64,000 nucleotides of DNA from NCBI GenBank assembly GCA_036397635.1, contig DASWIP010000038.1, positions 185-64,184 of the forward strand, written 5' to 3'. The position numbers and the translations under genes were made by a program. Numbering within the stretch: position 1 is the first letter of the stretch; the number at the start of each line of letters is the position of its first letter. This stretch comes from Actinomycetota bacterium (GTDB lineage Bacteria > Actinomycetota > AC-67). This document shows, in pieces, positions 49,571 through 57,672 of this stretch. Under the pieces are notes generated by a model. That model saw only the letters and a program-made list of their open reading frames with translations, was not told the origin of the DNA and made no database searches.

Positions 49571-50179
49571 CTAAGCCGGGATCAGGTAGACGAGCGTGAA
49601 GAGCACGATCCAAACGATGTCGACGAAGTGCCAGTACAAGCCGACGTACTCGACCGCGTTGGCCCGCTCTCGCGGAAGCTTGCCTTGCAGCGACAGCCCG
49701 AACAGGCTCAGCAGCATCAGGATCCCCAGGGTCACGTGCGCGCCGTGGAAGCTCGTCAACACGAAGAACGCCGACCCGGCGGGGCTCGTGCCCACCGTGA
49801 AGCCCTCGCGGACGAACGCGGTGAACTCGTAGACCTGCCCCGAGATGAACACCATCCCCAGGGTCGCCGTCGCCAGGAGCCACACCCTGGTTCGGTGATG
49901 ATCGCCGTGCTGGATCGCCGCCAGCGCGAGCACCATGGTCAGCGAACTCATCAGCAGCACGAACGAGCTGACCGATGTGAAGGGGATGTCGAAGATCTCG
50001 TGCGGTGTAGGTATCCCGGGCGGCACGTTCGACCGGTACAGCAGGAACGTGGAGATCAGAGCGCCGAACAGGAGCGTCTCGGACCCCAGGAAGGTCCACA
50101 TGGCGAGCTTGGTGTTCTCGATGCCCGTGCTCGTCGCATGTACGCCACCGGCGTCGTGCGCGACCGCTTGATCAGCCAC
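49571..50179 (-). CDS. ctaE: cytochrome c oxidase subunit III
   Basis: Motifs FGALISTFLLYR, FHGAHVTLG and YWHFVDIVWI. Confidence 0.9.
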   Translation of the reverse strand: MADQAVAHDAGGVHATSTGIENTKLAMWTFLGSETLLFGALISTFLLYRSNVPPGIPTPHEIFDIPFTSVSSFVLLMSSLTMVLALAAIQHGDHHRTRVWLLATATLGMVFISGQVYEFTAFVREGFTVGTSPAGSAFFVLTSFHGAHVTLGILMLLSLFGLSLQGKLPRERANAVEYVGLYWHFVDIVWIVLFTLVYLIPA

Positions 50180-50187
50180 GTCGTCTC

Positions 50188-52113
50188 CTACTCCGCATCG
50201 GGCTCGAGGGCCCAGCCGTACAGTCCGGTGAGCAACACGACCGCGCCGGCGATCGACAGCCAGTACCCGTACATCAAGCCGTACCCGACCATCGGCAGCC
50301 CGAACGAGGTCAGGATCGGCATGTAGGAGGGGCTGGGCATATGGATACCGTGACCGCTCCCGCCGTGCGCCGCCTGCTCCGCGCCGTGTGCCGCCTGCTC
50401 CGTCCCGTGCGCGTCCGTGGCGCCGGGCTCCTCCTGGCCGCCGGATGGGACGCGCACCAGCTGTCCGCCCTTGTCCTCGACGTACTTGCGGTGCCAGAAG
50501 TCGTCCAGCGCGTGCACGACGGGGACCTCGTCGAAGTTATGCGCGGGCGGCGGCGATGAGATCGTCCACTCCAGGGTCCGCCCGTCCCACGGGTCGGCCA
50601 CGGCGATCTCGCCTTTCGTCCTGCTCCGGACCGCGTTCCACATGAACACCAGGACCGAAACTGCTATCAGGAACGAGCCGACGGTCGCGGCCATGTTCCA
50701 GGCGTTCCAGCCCATCCCATCCGGGTAGCGGTAGATGCGGCGGGGCATGCCCTGGAGCCCCAGGATGTGGAAGGGGCCGAACGTGAGGTTGAACCCGATC
50801 AGCATCAACCAGAAATGGATCTTCCCGAGCCCCTCGTTGAGCACGCGCCCGAAGATCTTGGGCCACCAGTAGTAGACGCCACCGAAGAGGCCCAGGATCG
50901 CGCCACCGAACAGCACGTAATGGAAGTGCGCGACCACGTAGTAGGTGTCGGTCTGCTGCGTGTCGTGCGGGACAACCGAATGCGTGACGCCGGACAGTCC
51001 ACCGATGGTGAACATCGCGACGAACCCCAGAGCGAACAGCATCGGGGTGGCGAGCCGGATCTTGCCGCCCCACGTGGTCGCGATCCAGTTGAAGATCTTC
51101 ACGCCGGTCGGGACCGCGATGAACATCGTCGAGACCGCGAAGGCCGAGTTAGCGACCGGACCCAACCCGGTGGTGAACATGTGGTGTGCCCACACGCCCC
51201 AGCCCATGATCCCGATCGCGATCCCCGAGAAGACGACCACGCTGTACCCGAACAGCGGTTTGCGGCTGAACGTGGGAAGGATCTCGGACACGATCCCCAT
51301 CGCCGGCAAGATCAGGATGTACACCTCCGGGTGGCCGAACAGCCAGAACAGGTGCTGCCACAACACCGGATCACCACCGGAGGCATAGAAGCTCGTGCCC
51401 AGGATGCGGTCGAACAGCAACAGGAACAGCCCAACCGTGATGATCGGAAGCGCGAAGATCAGCAGGAACTGAACCACGAACGCCATCCAGATGAACACCG
51501 GCATCCGGAAAAAGCTCATGCCGGGCGCGCGCATGTTGATGATGGTCACCGCAAGGTTGACCGCCGACACGGTCGAGGCGATGCCCAAGATCAGCAAGCC
51601 GATCGCGTAGAAGGTCATGTTGTTCAGCGCGCCGATCTCGCCGGCCTGGACGTTGACCGGCGCGTAGCCGAACCACCCGCCATTCGGTGCTCCCCCGAGC
51701 ACGAAGCTCGAGTACATGAACAGGCCGCCGAAGAGGAACACCCAGTAGCTGAAGGCGTTGAGGCGTGGGAACGCCACGTCGCGCGCGCCGATCATCAATG
51801 GGATCAGGTAGTTGAAGAACGCCGCCGAGAGCGGCATCACAACCAGGAAGACCATCGTGAGGCCGTGCATCGTGAACAGCTGGTTGTACAGCTCGGCGTC
51901 GACGATCTCACCGTCGGGCCCCGCGAGCTGTGCGCGGATGACCAGCGCCTCGAGGCCGCCGATGATGAAGAAGGCGAAGGCGGTGAAGCCGTAGAGGATG
52001 CCGATCTTCTTATGGTCGACGGTGGTGAACCAGCTCCAGAAGCCGGTCGTCGCCGTCGGGCGCGCGAAGAAGCCTCCGCCCTTGGCCGGGAGTGCGTGTC
52101 CAGCGCTTGCCAT
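50188..52113 (-). CDS. ctaD: cytochrome c oxidase subunit I with C-terminal extension
   Basis: Motifs WFTTVDHKKIG, WFFGHPEVYILILP-like LFWLFGHPEVY and VAHFHYVL. At 641 aa it is roughly 90 aa longer than a core subunit I. Confidence 0.95.
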   Translation of the reverse strand: MASAGHALPAKGGGFFARPTATTGFWSWFTTVDHKKIGILYGFTAFAFFIIGGLEALVIRAQLAGPDGEIVDAELYNQLFTMHGLTMVFLVVMPLSAAFFNYLIPLMIGARDVAFPRLNAFSYWVFLFGGLFMYSSFVLGGAPNGGWFGYAPVNVQAGEIGALNNMTFYAIGLLILGIASTVSAVNLAVTIINMRAPGMSFFRMPVFIWMAFVVQFLLIFALPIITVGLFLLLFDRILGTSFYASGGDPVLWQHLFWLFGHPEVYILILPAMGIVSEILPTFSRKPLFGYSVVVFSGIAIGIMGWGVWAHHMFTTGLGPVANSAFAVSTMFIAVPTGVKIFNWIATTWGGKIRLATPMLFALGFVAMFTIGGLSGVTHSVVPHDTQQTDTYYVVAHFHYVLFGGAILGLFGGVYYWWPKIFGRVLNEGLGKIHFWLMLIGFNLTFGPFHILGLQGMPRRIYRYPDGMGWNAWNMAATVGSFLIAVSVLVFMWNAVRSRTKGEIAVADPWDGRTLEWTISSPPPAHNFDEVPVVHALDDFWHRKYVEDKGGQLVRVPSGGQEEPGATDAHGTEQAAHGAEQAAHGGSGHGIHMPSPSYMPILTSFGLPMVGYGLMYGYWLSIAGAVVLLTGLYGWALEPDAE

Positions 52114-52149
52114 GTCAGCGAGCTCCTGTGGGGTGGTCGTTCGGGATCA

Positions 52150-53226
52150 TCAGTTCAGACTCAGCAGGTAGGCGACGATCGCACGGATCTCACCCTCGCT
52201 GAGGATGCGCAGGAAGGACGGCATCCCTTTGTTCGCGGGTTCGATCAGCGCGGTCGGGTCGTTGGGCTCGATCCGTGGCGGGTGCATCGGCTTGAGCGAC
52301 GGTGCGTCCTGCACCCACTTGAACAGATTCTCTTCGTTCAGCTCGAAGGTCGCGCCGGCGAAGAAATCCCTGCTGGCGAGGTGGGCGAGGTTGGGCCCCA
52401 GGCTTGCGCCGCCGACCTGGGTCGCGTGGCACTGGATACAGGCGTTGCTCTGGAACAGCTCCCGTCCGCGAGCCTCCAGGCTTCCCGCCACCGGTTCGGG
52501 GGCAGGCTGTTGCTGCTCGCGTACCCAGGCGTCGAAGCCGGAGGGGGTGAGCGTGTCGACCCGCAAGCGCATGTTCGCGTGCGAGATCGCACAGAACTCT
52601 GCGCATTGACCGAGATAGGTTTGGCCCGCCTCGACGGCGATCAGGCGCATCGTGTTGGTGCGCTCGGGCACCACGTCCTGCTTGCCGGCCAGGCGCGGCA
52701 CCCAGAAGCTGTGGATCACGTCTGCCGACTCGAGCTGGAGGAAGACCTCGCGGTCGATCGGGATGACCAGCTCGTTGGCCGTGACGATCCCCTGTTCGGG
52801 GTATTCGAACTCCCACCACCATTGCTTGCCGGTGACGGTCACGTGCAACGCGTCCGGCGCGGGCGGAGCCGCCAGGTCCTGGATGGTGATCACGGTGGGG
52901 ATCGCCACACCCAGCAACAGCAGGGCCGGTGCAAGCGTCCAGCCGAGCTCGAGCTTGGTGTTCCCGTGGATCTGCTTGGGCTCGGGCTGGTCCGCTCGCT
53001 TCTGGCGGAACTTGACCGCCACCACGATGACCAGCCCTTCGACGAGCACGAAGATCGCGGTCGCGATCCAGAACACGGGACGGAACAGGTTGTCGGCCTG
53101 CTCCGCGATCGGCCCGGCCGGCTGCAGCGCGTCCTGGGGCGCGTCCTTCGCGCATGCGGCTAGGAAGACCAGGAGGAGGAACAGCGGGGCGCGCACAAGC
53201 CATCGACGCCGATCACGAGCGGTCAT
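52150..53226 (-). CDS. ctaC: cytochrome c oxidase subunit II with fused cytochrome c domain (caa3 type)
   Basis: Lipobox LAAC, CuA site HSFWVP...CAEFCAISHANM and heme c site CIQCH. Confidence 0.9.
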   Translation of the reverse strand: MTARDRRRWLVRAPLFLLLVFLAACAKDAPQDALQPAGPIAEQADNLFRPVFWIATAIFVLVEGLVIVVAVKFRQKRADQPEPKQIHGNTKLELGWTLAPALLLLGVAIPTVITIQDLAAPPAPDALHVTVTGKQWWWEFEYPEQGIVTANELVIPIDREVFLQLESADVIHSFWVPRLAGKQDVVPERTNTMRLIAVEAGQTYLGQCAEFCAISHANMRLRVDTLTPSGFDAWVREQQQPAPEPVAGSLEARGRELFQSNACIQCHATQVGGASLGPNLAHLASRDFFAGATFELNEENLFKWVQDAPSLKPMHPPRIEPNDPTALIEPANKGMPSFLRILSEGEIRAIVAYLLSLN

Positions 53227-53441
53227 GCATCCCCCCGTTGGACGCAGCGGGCGGATGGCAGCGGGGCACGGAGGGACTCGGAGATCGGGAAGCCTCTCTC
53301 AGCCGTCGTCCGCCTGCTACGCGCAGGTCGCTTGCTCAACTGGCTTGGAAACCTCCAAGCAGTCCGAATAGGTATCACATGCGGTGGCCGGGCTCCAACG
53401 CGGCCGCGTGCATTAGAGAAGCCCGGACGCGCGCTCGGGCT

Positions 53442-53531
53442 GCGATGTGCGTTCCGGCCGCGATGCGCGTTCCGGCCGCGATGCGCGCTCACGTCTCGAC
53501 GCGCGCTCACGTCGCGATGCGCGCCACGCTG
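53442..53531. repeat. five phased, degenerate 18-bp tandem repeats
   Basis: Units are GCGATGTGCGTTCCGGCC, GCGATGCGCGTTCCGGCC, GCGATGCGCGCTCACGTC, TCGACGCGCGCTCACGTC and GCGATGCGCGCCACGCTG. They span the ctaA::ctaB stop at 53507. Confidence 0.75.
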
Positions 53532-55390
53532 TCGAGCGCGACCGCAGCGAACAGCAGGGCGAGGTAGGTGATCGAGGTCTTGAACAGGGTCATCGCACGG
53601 TCCGACGTAGGATCGCGACGCAGGGCCAGCGCACCGAGCATGAACCAGGTGCCGAGCGCTATCGCTGCCAGCCCGTAGACCAGGCCCATGTCGCCGGCCG
53701 GCCACAGCACCAGGCTGAGGCCGACGGTGGCGGCGGTGTAGGCCACGATCTGGCGCAGCGTTGCAGGCACTCCTTTGACCACCGGCAGCATCGGGATGCC
53801 CGCGCTCGCGTAATCGGCCGAGTAGCGCATCGCCAGCGCCCAGAAGTGCGGCGGTGTCCACAGGAACACGATGCCGAACAGGATCACCGGTTCCCAGGAC
53901 AGGCCCCCGGTCACCGCCGCCCAGCCCACCAGGCACGGCACCGCACCGGCGGCGCCGCCGATCACGATGTTCTGGGGCGTGGAGCGCTTCAGCCCGATCG
54001 TGTACACGAACACGTAGAACAGGATCGCCGCCTGGGCCAGCAGCGCTGCCGGCACGTTGACCGTCGCGACCATGAACACGAACGACACGACCTGCAGTAC
54101 GAGGCCGAAGGCCAGCGCGCGCGCCGGCTCGATCCTGTGCGATGGGATCGGGCGGCTCCGGGTGCGCCGCATGACCGAGTCGATGTCTCGGTCGATGTAG
54201 CAGTTGATCGTGTTCGCGCTGCCCGCTGCCAAGGTCCCGCCTGCGAGTGTGGCGAGGGCTAGCCAAGGCGAAGGCATCCCACCGGAGGCGAGCATCATCG
54301 CCGGCAGCGTGGTGATCAGCAGAAGCAGGATGATTCGCGGCTTGGTGAGCTGCACGTACGCGACGACGGCCGCCCCCAGGCCTGCGCGCGAGGCCGCGAT
54401 CGGCAGCGCGGCGACCTGAGCGGGCCCACCGACCTGTCCGCCGCTGACCGGCGCGGGGTCGGGGCGGGCGGCGCGCCGTACCTGCGCGCGCGCGCCTGCC
54501 GCCGCCGGTGCTCGCCCGGTCAGCGCTGCCACGGCCACGAGGAGGGCCCAGATCGTCGCCGACAGGGCCACGTGAGCCACCACCGGCGGCGCTGCCAGTC
54601 GGGTGAGGACCTGGAGGCCGCCCACCACGGCCTGGGCCGCGTACGCCACGCCCGCGGCGACGGCGAGCAAGGCGACCGGCCGGTCCGCCGCGCGCCGCGC
54701 GCGCACCACGAAGATCGCGACCACCACGCCCACGACCACGGCCGCAAGGCGGTGGAGCACCTGAAGCCCGGGCAGCCCGGACACCGCCGGGACAAGTGCG
54801 CCGTTCATCAGGGGCCAATCCAGGAACGCCAGACCTGCATGCTCGCCGCGGACGTACGCGCCGATCAGGATGAGGACGAACACCGCGGCGGCGGCGTTGC
54901 GCGCGGATCGGGCCAGGCGGGGGTCCGCGGTAGTCAGGCCGGGCTGCTCGAGGCGCCAGGCGCGAACCGTGACCGCCACCAGCATCGCGATCAGCAGCAT
55001 CGCCGTTGCGATGTGGAAGGTCACTAAGCCGCCCTCCAGGTGTCGCAGCGAGGGATCGCTCTTCACCGAGACGACGATCGCGCCGAGGATGGCCTGCATG
55101 AAGATGGTGGACGTCGCCAGCAGCGTTGGGACCAGCAGGCGTCGGTCCTCGCGGTGACGCCGGAGCGCCACGACGGCGGTCGCGCACAGCAGGCCTATCG
55201 CGATCGCGCCGACGGTCCGGTGTGAGTACTCGATCAGCGCGTGGTACTCCAGCGGGGGGATCCACCGGCCGAAGCATCGTGGCCAGTCCGGGCAGCCGTC
55301 TCCGGACCCGGTGGCACGCACCAAACCGCCCACCGTGATGACGGCGAGCGTGGTCACGGTGGTGGCGAGAGCGAGTTTACGGAACGACAT
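53507..55390 (-). CDS. ctaB: fused heme A synthase (CtaA/COX15) :: protoheme IX farnesyltransferase (CtaB)
   Basis: The N-terminal half has GGLVRATGSGDGCPDWPRCFG and 8 TM helices (CtaA). An A/P/G/R-rich linker of about 40 aa follows. The C-terminal half has YVQLTKPRI and NCYIDRDIDSVMRRTRSRP (UbiA family). ATG 55390 follows GGAGG, and the ORF is open up to 55789. Confidence 0.85.
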   Translation of the reverse strand: MSFRKLALATTVTTLAVITVGGLVRATGSGDGCPDWPRCFGRWIPPLEYHALIEYSHRTVGAIAIGLLCATAVVALRRHREDRRLLVPTLLATSTIFMQAILGAIVVSVKSDPSLRHLEGGLVTFHIATAMLLIAMLVAVTVRAWRLEQPGLTTADPRLARSARNAAAAVFVLILIGAYVRGEHAGLAFLDWPLMNGALVPAVSGLPGLQVLHRLAAVVVGVVVAIFVVRARRAADRPVALLAVAAGVAYAAQAVVGGLQVLTRLAAPPVVAHVALSATIWALLVAVAALTGRAPAAAGARAQVRRAARPDPAPVSGGQVGGPAQVAALPIAASRAGLGAAVVAYVQLTKPRIILLLLITTLPAMMLASGGMPSPWLALATLAGGTLAAGSANTINCYIDRDIDSVMRRTRSRPIPSHRIEPARALAFGLVLQVVSFVFMVATVNVPAALLAQAAILFYVFVYTIGLKRSTPQNIVIGGAAGAVPCLVGWAAVTGGLSWEPVILFGIVFLWTPPHFWALAMRYSADYASAGIPMLPVVKGVPATLRQIVAYTAATVGLSLVLWPAGDMGLVYGLAAIALGTWFMLGALALRRDPTSDRAMTLFKTSITYLALLFAAVALDSVARIAT

Positions 55391-55528
55391 CACAGGTGGC
55401 CTCCGGCGCGGGCATGATACCCACGCGGCGAAGGTGCCCGCGAAGCGGGCTCGTGCGCTCGTGAGGATCGCGTCCCGCCGGATCACGCATGGACCCGTGT
55501 CGCGCCGCGCCGCTACGCTGAGCGCATC

Positions 55529-56602
55529 ATGGCTTCCCCATCGGCTCCGGGTGATCCGATCTCGCTGGTCGACGGCGCGCTGCTCGCGTTCCTGACCGAT
55601 CGTGAGCATCGGCTGGCCGAAGCCGCCCCGCTGCTTGGTGAGATCGGGCGGGTGGTGCGGGCCGGCGGCAAGAGGTTGCGTCCGGCCTTCTGCATCTGGG
55701 GCTATCGGGCGGCCGGAGGCTCGGACGACGCTGCGATCGCGCGCGCGGCCGCCGCGCTGGAACTGCTCCACACCTTCGCGATCATCCACGACGATGTGAT
55801 GGACCGCTCACCGTTGCGCCGGGGCGAGGCATCCAGTTACCGCGAACTGGCGGCGACCCGGGGTGTGCGCGGCGATCAGGAGCGGTTCGGTTCCTCGGCG
55901 GCGATCCTGGTCGGCGATCTCGCGGTGGCGCTCGCGGACGAGCTGTGGTGGTCGGCGGGGTTCGCGTCCGAGCGTCACCTGGCGGGTGCGCGCGTGTATC
56001 ACGCGATGCGCGCCGAAGTGATCGGCGGGCAGTACCTCGACCTGCTCGCGGCCGCGCGCGGTGACGCAACGCCCGAAGAGACCCGCCGCATCAGCGTGCT
56101 GAAGTCCGGCCGTTACACGGTGGAGCGGCCGCTGCAGATCGGTGCGGCGCTCGCCGGCGCCGGCGAGGATGTCGCGGGCGCCCTTGGTACGTTCGGCGCG
56201 CCTTTGGGCGAGGCGTTCCAGATCCGCGACGACGTCATCGGCGCGTTCGGCGATCCCGCCGAGACCGGCAAGGATGCCTACGGTGACATCCGCGAGGGCA
56301 AGCAGACGCTGCTCGTCGCGCTCGCGCGCAAGACTGCAACGCCCGAGCAGCGCGCAGTCCTCGACCGCCATCTGGGTGAAGACGCGCTCGACGACGACGG
56401 CGCCGAGGCGATCCGCACCGTGTTCCGGGAGACGGGCGCGCTCGACGAGGTGCTCGACACGATCGAGGGCCTGGTGGACGCTGCCTGCGACGCGCTGGGC
56501 CGGGCCGGTCTGCCCGATGAGGCGGCCGGGGCATTGCGCGCGCTCGCAGAGCAGGTACGTCAAGCACCATCCAGTCCCACGACCGCGCGCGCGGAGGGAT
56601 AG
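55529..56602 (+). CDS. polyprenyl diphosphate synthase (FPP/GGPP synthase family)
   Basis: Motifs GKRLRP, first Asp-rich IIHDDVMD and second Asp-rich FQIRDDVIGAFGD. Confidence 0.85.
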   Translation: MASPSAPGDPISLVDGALLAFLTDREHRLAEAAPLLGEIGRVVRAGGKRLRPAFCIWGYRAAGGSDDAAIARAAAALELLHTFAIIHDDVMDRSPLRRGEASSYRELAATRGVRGDQERFGSSAAILVGDLAVALADELWWSAGFASERHLAGARVYHAMRAEVIGGQYLDLLAAARGDATPEETRRISVLKSGRYTVERPLQIGAALAGAGEDVAGALGTFGAPLGEAFQIRDDVIGAFGDPAETGKDAYGDIREGKQTLLVALARKTATPEQRAVLDRHLGEDALDDDGAEAIRTVFRETGALDEVLDTIEGLVDAACDALGRAGLPDEAAGALRALAEQVRQAPSSPTTARAEG

Positions 56603-56605
56603 GCC

Positions 56606-57424
56606 GTGGACGGGTACGAGCGTTTACGCGAGCTGCTCACGGAGCTGCCGGGCGCGATCGTTGCCTACTCGGGCGGGGCCGACAGCGCGTTCCTCGCCGA
56701 TGTGGCCTACGAGCTACTCGGGGATGGGATGGTCGCCGTGACCGCGGTGTCGCCGTCGCTGGCGCCGTCCGAGCGCGAAGCAGCCGCGGCGCTGGCGCGC
56801 GCGCGCGGCTGGCGCCACGAGGAGATCGTTACCCAGGAAGGGCACCGGCCCGAATACCGGCGCAACGCTCCCGACCGCTGCTACTGGTGCAAGGACACGC
56901 TGTTCGAAGCCCTGGACCTGCTGGCCGAGCAGCGCGCCGCAGCCGTGCTGGTCGGAACCAACCTCAACGACACCGGCGACCACCGGCCGGGTCGGGGCGC
57001 CGCGCGCGATCACGGCGTCCGCGCCCCGCTGCTCGAGGCGGGACTGACCAAGGACCGGATCAGGTCGCTTTCCCGCGCGCGCGGCCTGCCTACCTGGGAC
57101 AAGCCGGCGTCGGCGTGCCTGGCGTCGCGGATCGCGTACGGCATCGAGGTCACGCCCGAGCGGCTCGAACGCATCGCTCGGGCCGAGGAGTTCCTGCGCG
57201 CGCAGGGGTTCGAGCAGCTGCGCGTCCGTGACCACGGCGATCTCGCGCGCCTGGAGGTGCCGGTCGATCAGGTGGCGCGGCTGGCCGAAGAGCCGGTGCG
57301 CGCGCGTGTGGTTGCGTTCCTGGGCGAGCTGGGGTTCCATCATGTCACGATGGATCTGGCAGGGTTCCGCAGCGGCTCGATGAACGCGGGCGTGCTCGCG
57401 ATCGGCCGGAGAGGAGGGAGCTGA
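56606..57424 (+). CDS. LarE-like PP-loop ATP pyrophosphatase (TIGR00268-type), three-Cys variant
   Basis: VAYSGGADSAFL (PP-loop), RCYWCK, DHRPG and ASACLASR. GTG 56606 follows GGAGGGA, 4 nt after the upstream stop. Confidence 0.75.
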   Translation: MDGYERLRELLTELPGAIVAYSGGADSAFLADVAYELLGDGMVAVTAVSPSLAPSEREAAAALARARGWRHEEIVTQEGHRPEYRRNAPDRCYWCKDTLFEALDLLAEQRAAAVLVGTNLNDTGDHRPGRGAARDHGVRAPLLEAGLTKDRIRSLSRARGLPTWDKPASACLASRIAYGIEVTPERLERIARAEEFLRAQGFEQLRVRDHGDLARLEVPVDQVARLAEEPVRARVVAFLGELGFHHVTMDLAGFRSGSMNAGVLAIGRRGGS

Positions 57425-57666
57425 TGGCCAAGCGACGCGTGCACCTGACCTTCCCCGAGCAGCTCATCCAGGAGCCGATCATCTATAACCTGGGCGCGCG
57501 CTTCGACGTCGTGACCAACATCCGGCGCGCCAACGTCGAGGACTCGTTCGGCTGGGTGATCCTCGAGCTGGAAGGCCCCGACGAGAAGCTCGACGCCGGC
57601 CTCGAGTATCTGGAGGGCCTCGGCGTCGAGATCAACCAGATCGCGGGGGATGTCGTCGAGGGATAG
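57424..57666 (+). CDS. NIL-domain protein (80 aa)
   Basis: VHLTFPEQLIQEPIIYNLGARFDVVTNIRRANVE..GWVILELEG has the pattern of the MetN C-terminal NIL domain. The start overlaps the LarE-like stop (TGATG). Confidence 0.7.
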   Translation: MAKRRVHLTFPEQLIQEPIIYNLGARFDVVTNIRRANVEDSFGWVILELEGPDEKLDAGLEYLEGLGVEINQIAGDVVEG

Positions 57667-57672
57667 GCGAGC

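Noticed and set aside
53442-53531. Possible CRISPR array. The same question applies to the repeats at 46400..46458 and 47713..47748.
   Set aside because: The repeats are directly tandem with no spacers. The units are only 15-18 bp, and no cas genes are present in the window.
53223-55277. 684-aa minus-strand ORF in an alternative frame over ctaA::ctaB.
   Set aside because: The translation is Arg/Gly/Pro-rich and has no TM helices. The 53507..55390 frame encodes recognisable CtaA and CtaB motifs.
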